From NCBI GenBank assembly GCA_024679065.1, contig JAGIQG010000032.1:13640001-13704000 (forward strand): a stretch of 64,000 nt of DNA. Reading direction: 5' to 3'. This document shows, piece after piece, positions 51,914 to 64,000 of the stretch; position 1 is the stretch's first letter, and every line of letters begins with the position of its first letter. The DNA comes from Sphyrna mokarran (Eukaryota). The position numbers and the translations under genes were made by a program. The notes under the pieces are model-generated. The model was given only the letters and a program-made list of their open reading frames with translations, did no database searches and had not been told where the DNA came from.

Positions 51914-52355
51914 CTTGAGGATTGAATATGGTTGAGTATTGGCTTTGATAGTAAAACTATTTTAACTAAACTTGTGTCTGAGTAGTGGCCACAGCTGGAT
52001 TTGGTATTCAATTTTTTTTGTTCAAAATGGCAGCATTCAATCCAACCTGTATAAACATGCCCTTCTAGATTAGGAGCATTCTCATTTGTCACTCTGCTGC
52101 TGAGGCCTCTCTCAACTAAATCTGACTAACGAGTAATTTTAAATTGCAAACTTGTGATTAGGTCATTGAAAATGCATTGTTTCTCATTATTTCATGACAG
52201 TAGAAATGGATGAGGGAGAGAAATTACATATTTTATTTTTGAAAGAGATTCAATATTAGAAAATGAAACCTGAACGACTGTAACCTTGGCTGCCCTCCAA
52301 ACCTGCTCAACTGAGACCTTGCCACAAAACTGCTGAAGGCTTTTATCTCCAAATT

Positions 52356-52678
52356 TAGAAATCATAGAATCCCTATAATGCAGAAGGAGTCCAATCAGTC
52401 CATTGAATCTGCACTGACCATAATCCCACCCAGGTTTTATCCCGATAATCCCGATCATTTACCCTAGCTAGTCCCCCTGACGCTAAAGAGTCAAATTAGC
52501 GTGGTCAATTTACCTGACCCACCCATCTTTTGACCATGGGAGAAAACAGAAGTACCTGGAGGAAAAGCATGCAGCCAAAGGGAGAATGTGCAAACTCCAC
52601 ACGAACAGTGACCCAAGCTGGGAATCGAACCTGGGTCCTTGGCGCTGTAAAACAGCAGTGCTAACCACTGTGCTGCCT
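52356..52678 (-). mobile_element. HE1-type V-SINE
   Basis: Head ggcagcacagtggttagcactgctg, V-domain, tail gggattctatgatt. Confidence 0.9.
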
Positions 52679-53374
52679 GGGTTTTTATTTTTTGGATCAG
52701 GCAAGAAGCAGCTGAGAAAGGTGACAGAGTCAAATAATCTTCACATGCCATATCTCTTTACTGAGCAAATAGAACGAAACAAACTAAACATGTACATACT
52801 TTATCAGCTATGTTGTAAGTTTGCCACTTCTTTAGACGCTGCTATGGCACACACCATTTTGTAATTGATGGGAAGATGATCTGCTCCCAACTTTCTGCCA
52901 ACACCTGACATGACTTGAGGACTGGGAAGTGTTGGCATAGTTTCTTATGCCAAAGAAAAGAGTCTCTGTTCCATCTGACACCTCTCCATTCCACAAGACT
53001 GAAGTCAGACTTTATTATCTGATACTCATGGGGAAGGTGTCTGAAGTAGCATGTAAGTGAGCCAACAAAACGTATTGCCAACCAACCCCATTTATCTCAC
53101 AAAGAGAATTGCTAGGAAAGAAAAATAAACATAAGTCTTCAACTCCCGATTAATTATAATCGTCTGGAAAGTTCCAGAATATTTTATTGTACTAAGTGGA
53201 AATCGAATGCCAGCAAATTCAAATTAGTGCTGGCTTCTGCACAAAGGCGATGGTGGTGGGGGGTAGGTGTGTGTGGAGAAGAAAGAGAGAGACGGGAAAT
53301 TCTTTGGGCAAAGTCAATCACACTCACCGACTGGGTTCATGAAGGAGAAAATCACTGGTTAGTTGATCACAATT

Positions 53375-53645
53375 GGGTGGCATGGTGGTTAGTACTGCTG
53401 CCTCACAATGCCAGGGACCTGAGTTCGATTCCAACCTCGGGTCACTGTTTGTGCAGAGTCTGCACGTTTTCCCTCGTGTCTGCATAGATTTCCTCCCACG
53501 TTCCAAAAGACGTGTTGGCTAAGCATATTGACCATGCTAAATTTTCCCTCAGTATACCTGAACAAGCACCGGAGTGTAGCAATTCGAGTAATTTCACATA
53601 ATGTCATTGCAGTAAGCCTACCTGTGAAACTGATAATAAACTGAA
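53375..53645 (+). mobile_element. V-SINE type B
   Basis: gggtggcatggtggttagtactgctgcctcacaatgccagggacctgagttcgattcc...gtaagcctacctgtgaaactgataataaac. Confidence 0.88.
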
Positions 53646-53924
53646 CAATTGGAAAACCACCCCTAATAAACCAAACAGCATGGGACTGTGACATGGGTGG
53701 TTGAATTGTGCAAACATGATGGGATCAGAAGGTTAACATGGTTCACAATTTCGGTAACATTTTCAAGACCACTGAAAAAATGCATTTTCTGTTAATTTCT
53801 TTTCTATCTGGTGCTTTCTAAATGAGACTATTAATACCTAATCAGGAATTGAACTCAGGTCCCTGCACTCTGAAGCAGCAGTGACATCCATTGTGTCACT
53901 GTGTCGCCCATGTTTTTACCTAAA

Positions 53925-54170
53925 GAAAGAATACATTTGTACAGTGTGTTTTCTATCCAGAGATTCTCACAGCCGATTAAATACATTTGAATTGTTTTGG
54001 GTGTAAGGCAAGCAATGTGTGTACAACAAGTCATGGGAAAGTAAACAAGAAAAGTGACCAATTGATCTTTTTTGGTGCCAGCAGTTGAGTTGTAAATGTT
54101 GGCTAGGACACTGGAACTACTGTCCTTCATTGAACATTGCAACTTACATTAAACCCAGCTGAATGGACCA
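53925..54170 (-). mobile_element. Decayed Deu-domain SINE (SacSINE1-like); a V-SINE head fragment lies at about 53843-53908
   Basis: gttgagttgtaaatgttggctaggacactggaactac resembles the Deu core seen at 62490-62880. Confidence 0.55.
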
Positions 54171-54804
54171 GATTACATAATTTGGAAACAATTAAGACGA
54201 TGTTGTTTGGATTTAATTCTTTTCAAATATTTCTTGTCAATGAATCAAACCACTTCAATCAACAATTTTAAGGATGAGGTAACAGTGAAGGAGTCATTTT
54301 GAATGGCTGGTAAGAGTAATGCTGGTGAAAAAGTTTTTGCAGATATGTTTAAAAATCTGTGAGGGTTAGGGTTAGGGTGAATGATGATGAGCACTCCCAA
54401 CTTACATGCGCCATCTCAGACCCAGCAGTGATAAATGCTTGTTGACGTGGCAGGTCACAGAGCTATTTCCCCAGTAATCAAGTTTGTATGAGCTGTGATG
54501 ATTATTTATGAGGCGCTAAGTTCTCCAATTTAGAAAAGATTAAACTTTGCAGTGATGATGTACATTTTCAGCTTCCAAAAACCATTAATTGCTCCACAGC
54601 ATTCAGAATGGATTTGCGGAGGTTCACAGTGTCTATGTGCCTTCGCAGTGGAACAGGGGTTGGGATTTATCCACCAACGGATTAGATGAATTTGGGAGAC
54701 AGCTGTTGGGAGGACAATATGACGGGCATTAGTTAGGAATCTGAATTTGACTTCTTTATTGAAGTTCTCCTGAACATCTGTAAAATGTGTTTCCCTCAAC
54801 TATA

Positions 54805-54985
54805 TTACTGAAACCAATTATCTGGTCATTATCACAGCTGGGATCTTGCTGTGCATAAATTGATTACCTTGTTTCCCTACCTTGACAGAATGACCAGACT
54901 TCAAAAATATCTTAATGACTGAAGTGCTCTGGGGCAGCCAGAGGTCTTTAAAGTCTCTATATAAATGCAAGTTAGTTTCTTTTCT
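54805..54985 (+). mobile_element. Deu-domain SINE 3' half
   Basis: attatctggtcattatcaca...gggatcttgctgtgcataaattg...ctatataaatgcaagt. Confidence 0.7.
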
Positions 54986-55224
54986 TTCTTTAACACTTCA
55001 ATTTTTTTTCTGGTGTCATGTTTAGATTTATTATTAAAATATGACACTACTTCTGTCTCTGGAGGTTTACAACTTTCAAATACAAATGCATTCTACGAAG
55101 TAATAACATAAATCAAATATTGTTAAAGGAAAGTTATCCCAGTCACTTACTGTTGCTGAATATTATGCACTGGTTTTTCAACTCTAATCTCCTCACCCCA
55201 ACAATAAATACCCAGAATAAAGAG

Positions 55225-55750
55225 GCATATCAGCCATGACTCTCAACAACCTTTACAGATGCACCATAGAAAGCATTCTTTCTGGTTGTATCACAGCTTG
55301 GCGTGGCTCCTATTCTGCCCAAGACTGCAAGAAACTACAAAAGGTCATGAATATAGCGCAGTCCATCATGCAAAACAGTCTCCCATACACTGACTTCACC
55401 TACACTTCCAGCTGCCTCAGCAAAGCAGCCAGCATAATTAAGCACCCCATGCACCTTAGACATTCTCTCTTCCATCTTCTTTGTTGGGAAAATGATACAA
55501 AAGTCTGAGGTCACCAACAAACAACTCAAGAACAGCTTCCTCCCTGCTGCCGTCAGGCATTTGAATGGACCTGCCTTGCATTAATTTGATCTTTTTCTAC
55601 ACCCTAGCGATGACTGTAACACTACATTCTGCACTCTCTCCTTTCCTTCTTTATGAACGGTATGCTTCCTGTGTATAGCAAGCAAGAAACACTAATTTAC
55701 ACTGTATGCTAATATATGTGATTAATCAATAATAAATCAAATCCAATCTG
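55225..55750 (+). mobile_element. Rex1/Babar-type LINE 3' end
   Basis: ORF 55236..55508 reads LYRCTIESILSGCITAW..AQDCKKLQKV, then RLKNSF-like residues and an aataaatcaaatcc tail. Confidence 0.85.
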
Positions 55751-56854
55751 GTGGTATAAAAGAATGTTCTAGGGCAATAACACAGTACAAAATACATATT
55801 ACCTTGTAGGCATTGTGACAGCTGTGCACACATTGATGGTTCTGCACAGCTGTGGGTGGGTATTTGTGTGGGGTTCATTATTGGCAAGTCAAGGTGATCG
55901 TTCCTTGTCCAGGGGTTCAGGTCACAATGGAAGGGGGACGGAGCAAAAGGAAAGAGTCTTTTGATAGCATGTAGCCTGTGTTGTTGGTTGGGGTGGTGGT
56001 CAGTGGGGGTGCCATCTATCCAAATAGGCATCAGTCCAGTAACTTCTTTAGCTGAGGAGGAATTCAGGGTCACATTAGGGTGAAGTGATACCCCAGCAAA
56101 GGAAGACTCTTCAGTTCCAGAGGCAGCTTGTATGTCACTAACTGGCAGGTCTCCCATAGGTCAAATTGTTGGCTGGAAGCAGTCTGGGAGCAAAGGCAAC
56201 TGACAGCCATCAACAACTAAACCACTACATCCTTCCTTCAGTACTGAAGGGCAAATTACTGCTTAGTAATTTTCCCTTTAAATCCTCCTCTTAATTGTCA
56301 GCACTCAGTACCAAGTCATTTGGTAATTAGTGACATGTGATTTGCTGATCTAAATTTAAGTTATCCCACTATTCACCATTGATAACCATTGAGTAACTAA
56401 TGGAGGAAAAGACAACCTACAACACGTATAATACACTCCAACTGAAAAGTTCTAGAAAAGCATTTGGAACAAAGCAAAAAAATCCAAGCGTTTTGCTTGA
56501 TAGGTGTTTAATGATAAAACTGCAGCAATGAGACAATAATTATTACCAACATCACTTCTGAATCTGCACTGCAGCAATTCCTAAAAAACTAGAGATGCTG
56601 CTCCATCTCTGCTGAGAAAGTTAATTCATTCATTTTCATGTGCAACATACCTCCGATCATGCACCATCACTTTGCCATACCCTGGAACAATCCTCACATG
56701 TTTAGAAACTCCTCTAGCAGTTGAGAATATCTGCTCCTTGAAAGTGGGGTTTCATTTGTGACGGATCATGGACTCCAAGACAATTGTTGTTCTGAATTGG
56801 AATGATTCAGATTGTAATGGAAGATTCTGGAGTCAGCCAAAATTAGGAGCTGAA

Positions 56855-57180
56855 GGGGCGGCATAGTTTTACATTGGTTAGCATTGCTGCCTCATGCTGC
56901 CATGGATTTGAGCTTTGGGTGACTGTCCATAGAGTCTGCGCTTTCTCCTCTTGTCTACATTGTTTTTCTCCCGTGTTCCAGTTTCTTCCAAAGTCAAAAA
57001 AAGTGTTGGTTAGGCAGATTGCCATCCTAAATTGCCCTTTTAGTGTCCTAAGGTGTGTAGGTTAGGTGGATTAGCCATGGTAAATGCATGGGGTTACAGG
57101 GTCAGGCCTGGGAAGATGCTCTTTTGGAGAGTGAGTGTAAACTCAATGGGCCATTTCTGCACTTTAGGGATTCTGTGGTT
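56855..57180 (+). mobile_element. HE1-type V-SINE
   Basis: ggggcggcatag...ggttagcattgctgcctca head and tttctgcactttagggattct tail. Confidence 0.85.
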
Positions 57181-57419
57181 ATCTGGAGAAGTTTTGGGCT
57201 TAGATATTTTCATATTCTATGTTCCTAAAGGGTTTCTCTAAATGTGGCAGGTATCTGAGTGTGATAATTGGCTGTCAAAAAGCTGGACATTGAAAGTTCT
57301 TCCCATTGTTGGACAATAGCTTGGAGCCATTTCACAAACTAATATACTAGGCTAGCACTTGATGCCTGGTACTCTCATTGTAGTAGATGTAAATCCAAGT
57401 CCCAGGTTATGAAGAACAA

Positions 57420-58130
57420 AGGGTGAAATTTTCCAATTTCTTTTCCTAAATGCTGGCTGATGCTAGGAAACCAGTTTGCAGCTCACCAGCTGCACAGCCA
57501 GCTTTCCTCTCCATATGTTATAGCACTTAGTACAAAAATTGCTGGAGATGTGTTTCACTGGCAGGGTGGGACGGGACCTGAGACAGCCAGGAGCATCAGT
57601 TCTCCAGAGATTAGGGCACCCTCACGATCTTACAAAAATAAAAATACAAAGATCCACCCACAGAAGCAAAGAGACCCCACCCCCCTCGCAACCAATCTCC
57701 TCATCGCTACATGGGACCTGCAGACTCCCCAACTCAAGCTCCCTTCACCATGCTGCCCCAGCACTGCCCCTTCAAGTGTCATGGGCAATACCAGGGTACT
57801 TAGGACAGTGTCTGGGTACTGCCCAGAGATGTTCTTCTCCCACCAGTGCAGTCCTGCTGGTTCCTTTCACTGGGCTGTTATTACTCTAGATTTGTTGTAA
57901 ACCTCATTGATATGATGGGTGTAATTCCTAATGTGAGGGTGGACAACACAACTGGGGAACTTGTTAATGGTATTTAAATGAGGTATCTAATCTTCTTGGG
58001 CAGCATCTCATTATATTACTGGTGGGGGGAATCTGGAAATGCGATCTCATTGGCGAGATTCTTGTTTTCCAACTCTTGTAGGATTCTGCACCCACGTCAT
58101 CATTCCTCTTGCTGACTTAAAATTTCCTGC
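57420..58130. mobile_element. Decayed non-autonomous DNA transposon-like repeat
   Basis: GC-richer block bounded by gggtgaaatttt and aaaatttcctgc; similar ends at about 12451/14030 and 19270-19284. Confidence 0.4.
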
Positions 58131-58185
58131 ATGTTTCATGACTCTTGGATGCTGTGGCAAAAAGGGTCACTTGAAACAAGAACAA

Positions 58186-58502
58186 GGGCATCACAGTGGC
58201 TAGCACTGCTGCCTTACAGTGCCAAGGACCCAGGTTCAATTCTGACCTCAGGTGATTATGTGGAGTTTGCACATTTTCCCTGTGTCTGCATGGGTTTCTT
58301 CTGGGTGCTCTGGTTTCTTGAGTGCTCTGGTTTCCTCCCAGACTCAGATGTGCAGGTTACATGGATTGCTAAATTGCCTTTGGTGTCCAAAGATGTGCAG
58401 TTAAGAGTGGGGATGGAGAGCTGGGCCTGGATGGGATGCTCTTTTGGACAGTTGGTGTAAACCCAATGGGCTGAATGGCCACTTTCTGCACTGGTGGGAT
58501 TT
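58186..58502 (+). mobile_element. HE1-type V-SINE
   Basis: cacagtggctagcactgctgccttacagtgccaaggacccaggttcaattc head and gggctgaatggccactttctgcactg tail. Confidence 0.88.
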
Positions 58503-61271
58503 AATAAAGAACACAAGAAGCTTTGCTTCCTGCATCTGCAACCAAAATCTCATGCTATAGTTGTCAAGATTCCATACAGTCCAAAGCCAAATATCTAAAA
58601 TCATCCAAAAAATGACAAGCTTGCCATGGTTGAGCTCGTTTGGAACAATTTTACGAAACTCTCTCACATCAACAGCAGACAGCCAAAGAGAACTTGTACC
58701 ACCCTTTTTATGACACACCGTTACCTAAATTGGACAAGGCACTCACCATTTCTATTCCCACACAAGCTAATTACAACGTTGTCTTTAATAATGGGTTTAT
58801 AGTACAACCATTTCAGGCAGGAAACTGACAGGAACTGAATAGAAGCTGCAGCCAACAACAATCCATACTTCAACAATCAGCTGAGATGCAGAAATCAGAG
58901 TGTGGTGATTAGCAGCATTGTTCATTGCATTTAGCGGGAGTTTGTATAAACATCAGTGGCGACTACTGTATTGAGAAGCTAATGCATGGTAACACACATT
59001 TTTGATTAGAGTTTCCATCCCTCCTCCCTTCATTTAAAGTGATTTATACTTTATATTGAAAAGTGTGGCTCAAAAGAACACAATCTGAGGACCTGAAACC
59101 TAATGGAGAATCACTCGAAGAGTTATGACTACAGAAATGAAAAGCTGAAGTGCGTGCTACATATTGGCATGTATTGTGCCAATAAACTATGAAACATGTT
59201 TGTGCTGTGACATCTGTGCTAAGGTCTCCAAGATTTTACAAAGAACATACAAATCAAACATTAAAAAGTGGAGTCCAAAACTCAAGTCATGACATCACTA
59301 GATTTGAATTGAGATTGGAAGAGAGAAGAACTTTCATTAAATGGGCATAAAGAGTGAAGGAACTGATGAGGAAGTGACATTTGCATAAGCAGCACCGGGC
59401 TTTTGAGATAGCTACACTGAGTAAAGTTTTTGATTCATATACTGGGCTGTCATTCTCATTCAAATCAGATGACAGGAGTTTACTACATTAGAATGAAATA
59501 GAGACGAACTGGGAGCTAATAAATTTGAAGTCCACGTGTCTTTGTGCGATCATGGATAAAGAGAAGAAACAGCACGTGCGGAGGAGAACCGGTGCCATGG
59601 GAATCATGGCCATTCCTGGAAGAGGTGCCAAATTGACTGGAATTAATGACGCTGATTTTTGAAGTTGTAGTACTGAGGTAGTAAATCAATCAGCGATGGA
59701 ACAGAATCAAAGTCAGAAGTATTCGGGTGCAAAGGCAAAACTAAAAAATATGCACCTCAATTAAAAGTGCACACAAGAGTTCCTGTCATGAACTGAAAGA
59801 AAAGCAACTTCTGGCTTCATGTACATGAGAATTCTCCTTGGACTCAGATAGATTTATGTGCGGATTAATGTGCTGAGGAAAATGTATTATCCGAACAGCA
59901 TTCAAATATACTTAATACTGTTTTTAATAATTTGCATGTGTTTTTGGAGTTAGCTTGTACAAGTACTAGCTAAGCAATTCTTTACACTGGTACTTTTTAA
60001 AGCCTGGATTTAATGCAAAATAACTTTGAGAAATGTACAAAAATATTTCAGCATGAACACATAATTTAGTGATTTGTCAATGTGTTTCTGGCACTTTATC
60101 AACTCTGTGTTTAATATGCACCATTTATTTTCAGACTTAATTTTGAAAGATGAAATCAGCACTTGGATTTCGAAATGCTCCATAAACTCCCTTCACACCA
60201 AATTCTTGAGTGACAACACAGAACCAAGTGATTGATCATTTTCAGGTTTTCTTAACCCTCGAATGAGATTTTGATTAAAACAAATCATTTTTCATCAACG
60301 GATCACCAGGTGATTAGTTATTTCAGCAGAACGTAAGTAAACAAACAGCAGCTGTGATTAATAAAGGCGATGGATGGGATCCAACTTTTTAATTCCCAGA
60401 CAGGTTCAGCGTTCCTACAGCCAATTGAGGAAGTTTCATTATTCCCCTAATCCCTAAAAGCTTTGGCCTGCACAACTGGTCCTGTTAAAAGCCAAGGCCC
60501 TGGAGACTCTGCTATGCCGATTAAAAGCCAGAGGAACAACAGTAAATTATCAAATACACTTCGGAAAAAAATATAAAGTCTATTCTCAACTTGGTGACAG
60601 GTATGATGTATGTATGTTTTGAAATGATGTGAAACCTTACCTAAACTAATTACTTCATTCATGTTAACAAAGCACTCCTCAGAGCCTGATAATTAACTGA
60701 TTCGTGCCCAAAGCACTGTGGCATGGAACATCAGAAAAAGGTTGCTTTCCCGCTAACTAAAATAAAAAAGTTAACATATAACAATTTATTTTACAGTATA
60801 ACACAAATGGCAAGTGTTAACTGCGATGGCTAAACATGCATGCATAACACAAGACTTCACAACAACTCAGGACCTGTTCACTGCCACAATTCATTTTACA
60901 CCATATCCAATGTCACTGAGAGTTTGTCCTTGCATAGCGTACAGCAGTTCTGGGAGTTTCAATGTCCTCTGGGGGCAGCAGATGCATTCAGAGCAGATCT
61001 GCACACTTGACAGTCCTATATCGCATAAATGTGGAGGCAAAACTTCTGGGATGGTGGCCTATAAGAATGCTCTAATCAGCAAGTGTTTTACAGTTTTGAC
61101 CACTTACACAGGATTTGAATATGAAAAAATTGAATAACAAACCTTCATGTTCTCTCAAATATATGAAGCCTTAGCTAACTTAGAAGCTGAGAATTTCCCA
61201 GTAGTATTTTTACAAGTACCAGTGCAGGCAAGATTCACCTATCAAATTTGGTAAACAATAGCAAGAAAGAA

Positions 61272-61575
61272 GCATAGAATCCCAAAAGTGCAAAAGGAGG
61301 TCATTCGACCCATCAAGCCTACACTGACAACAATCCAGGTCCTATTTCCATAACTCCACGTAATCCCCCGACACTAAGGGGCAATTTAGGACGGCCAATC
61401 AACCTAACCCGCACATCTCTGGACAGTTGGAGGAAACTCGAGCACCTGGAGAAAACCCATGCAGACACAGGAAGAACATGCAAACTCCACACAGTCATCC
61501 AAGGCTGGAAATAAACCCAGGTTATCCAAGTCCCTGCCCTGTGAGGCAGCAGTGCTAACCACTGTGCTACCTTGC
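61272..61575 (-). mobile_element. HE1-type V-SINE
   Basis: Head, V-domain (ggccaatcaacctaacccgcacatct) and tail. Confidence 0.9.
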
Positions 61576-62489
61576 CACACATCACTATTTAATTGTTATT
61601 TATTTTCAGGTTTTTAAACACTGTTGCCCTGCACATAACGACAGACACAACTACCTCCAAAGATAGAGACAATAGCAGTTTCCATACCCCTCTAGCCAGA
61701 GCTGATGGTATGATAGGTTCCTACAAGCAACCCAAGGTCATCCGTTATCTACTTAACTGAGAAAATATCACCAGAACTTAAAGCTATGGGCATGGCAAGT
61801 GCAACATATAGTTTTCTAAATTTATAATCTGGCACATCCATAGCATGAATATGCGAGGATAAGGTGTTAGAAAAAATCACGGTACAAAAAAAAATCATGT
61901 TGCACAGTTGAGCGTGCAACACATCAGTCATACCAATAATGAGAAACACAAATTACTCAAAGCAGTTTTGTTGCAGTTGAAAGAAATCATTAATTCTCCT
62001 GTTGACTGGTGTTTTGGACTTTCTTCTACAAATAGTAAATGGCATCAGAATCATTCAGATAAATAATAGGTTTTTTTTTATGTAATTTTTATAGGTCAGT
62101 AAAATTCTTACATTAGAGGTGGCATTACAGTCACAACCATAATAAATGAGTGTTACATGCAGGTCCTTGCACTGACCATTAAAATGAATGCTACTATCAC
62201 TCCTGGTCTAATTGCGTGACACACACAAGAGAACCAATAATCCATCACTATTCACAAACCACCCCAATCAACATAGCTGTAACCACCCCCCTCCCCTCAC
62301 CAAAAAAAATGGTGAACCAGCAATAACCATCTACTCTGAATCTTATGTCACTGAATTCAAAGTGATTCAATAATTCAATCGCTTAGCACTATATTACCAT
62401 TTAAGTGATATCTATGTTGCTTCTTTTTTCCTTTGACATTTTGCGTTGTTTTCGTAACAATACTTCAAATTATCAATATGGCCCATGAC

Positions 62490-62880
62490 AAAAGACTTGT
62501 GCTTATTTATCGAGCTCATTTCATGATCATCAGACACCTTAAAGCGCTTTAATCCAGTGAGGTACCTTTCATAGTCACTATTGTAATGCAGGAAACATAG
62601 CAACCAGTTAACTCTCAGCAAGTTCCCACAAACAGCAATGTGATAATGTTTTTTGTGATATTGACTGAGGGATAAATATTGATCAGGACACCAAGGGAAC
62701 TCCACTGCCTTTCTTTCATCATGGAATTTTTTCCCATCTCTCCTGCACTGCTCTACGGGGCCTCAATTCAGCATCTCATTCAAAAGGTGGCAACTCCAAT
62801 AATGCCATGCCAGCTCAGTATCACACTAGAATGTCAGCCTTCATTGTTGTGTTCAAACTCTGGAGTGGGACTTGAGGCAC
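62490..62880 (-). mobile_element. Deu-domain SINE (SacSINE1-like), 5' end interrupted by a V-SINE
   Basis: cccacaaacagcaatgtgataatg...gagggataaatattgatcaggacacc...gtcagcct...ggagtgggacttga. Confidence 0.8.
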
Positions 62881-62889
62881 CAGATTTGA

Positions 62890-63195
62890 ACGGCACGGTG
62901 GTGCAGTGATTAGCACTGCTGCCTCCTAGTGCCAGGGACCCAGGTTCAATTCCCTACTTGGATCATTGTCTGTGCAGAGTCTGCATGTTCTCCCCATGTC
63001 AGCGTGGGCTTCCTCCAGGTGCTCCAGTTTCCTTTCACAGTCCGAAAGATGTGCTGGTTAGGTGCACTTGCCATGTTAAACTCTCCTCAGTGTACCCAAA
63101 CATGCGCAGCAGTGTGACGACTAAAGAATTTTCACAGTAACTCCATTGCAGTGTTAACGTAAGCCTACTTGATATTGATAAATAAACTAAAACTA
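62890..63195 (+). mobile_element. V-SINE type B, full length
   Basis: cggcacggtggtgcagtgattagcactgctgcctc head and ttttcacagtaactccattgcagtgttaacgtaagcctacttg tail; an isolated opposite-strand tail lies at about 63640-63716. Confidence 0.9.
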
Positions 63196-63246
63196 CAAAA
63201 AAACCCCCAAAATCTTATAATTCAGAAGCTGGTGTATTATCAGTGA

Positions 63247-63620
63247 CACTAGGGATACTAGTGAAGTGATATTACCACTGGACTGGTAAGCCAGAGACCC
63301 AAATTACTGCTCTAAAGACCTAGGTTTGAATCCCAGCATGGCAGATAATGAAATTTGAATTTGATAACAATCTGGAATTAAAAATCTAATGATGAACATG
63401 AAACCATTGTCAAATGTTATAAAAACCCATTTGGTTTACTAATGTCCTTTAGGGAAGGAAATCTACTGTCCTTATATGATCTGGTCTACGTGACTCCAGA
63501 CCCACAGCAACGTGGTTGCTTCTTAAATGCTCTCTGAAATGGCCAGGCAAGCCGCACAGATTAGAATGGGCAAGAAATGCTGGACCAACCAGGGACACCC
63601 CATCCCCTGAATAAAAAAAA
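63247..63620 (+). mobile_element. tRNA-derived SINE with Meta-domain-like core
   Basis: ctaatgtcctttagggaaggaaatct..tgtcctta...gtgactccagacccacagcaa core and gggcaagaaatgctgg tail. Confidence 0.8.
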
Positions 63621-64000
63621 TGATTATACATCATACGTTTAAGTTTAAAGTTTATTTATCAGTGTCACCAGTTGGCTGACATTAACATTGCAATGAAGTT
63701 ACTGTGAAAATCCCCTATATATATATTACTGATGTTGTGTACTATATTCCAGACTTCATGTTGTACTCTATTTACTAGCATTTCCTGTGTTTTAGTATTT
63801 TTTTTAAACAAGGAAATTGGGTAAGTAGGATTTTTTGTAATTACTGAAGTCTCAAATTGCAGTAAAATTATTTTCTATAATTTGCCTCATTAGAAAAAGC
63901 AGATGTATGTTCCATTTCATGGAAAGTTTGAATGCCTCCAACATATGAAGAACAGGTGACTAAATATTCAAGAATTAAAACTATAATTTTACTTAGCGCA

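Noticed and set aside
54363-54377. Interstitial telomere-like GGGTTAGGGTTAGGG
   Set aside because: Only two and a half units; compatible with chance
59674-59683. TGAGGTAGTA matching the let-7 5' end
   Set aside because: Only 10 nt match and there is no pre-miRNA hairpin around it
60447-60662. ORF with IGIAES faintly like the expected upstream exon (LGFIAQSCLA)
   Set aside because: No real similarity or matching splice sites; that exon appears to lie beyond position 64000

Overview
Vertebrate genomic DNA, almost certainly from an elasmobranch (shark), judged by HE1-type V-SINEs, HER1/CR1 3' ends, Deu- and Meta-type SINEs and Penelope-like palindromes. The whole window lies inside KCNMA1 (Slo1/BK channel alpha subunit) on the minus strand. 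Reading splice sites directly gives five constitutive exons (110, 69, 87, 77, 94 nt) whose phases join into one open frame covering the end of RCK1 and the RCK1-RCK2 linker. Three cassette exons are also present: a 12-nt microexon at the SRKR position that here encodes R-G-A-K-R, the 9-nt IYF microexon, and the 174-nt STREX exon with a divergent Cys pattern and a divergent CaRRE1 element. Only STREX is visible in the supplied ORF track. The rest is intron, containing many retroposon and MITE fragments, two long transposon-poor tracts and several candidate unannotated cassette or poison exons. There are no prokaryotic features. Comparisons with mammalian and avian sequences are from memory of the KCNMA1 family and need alignment to confirm. 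Repeat boundaries are approximate.
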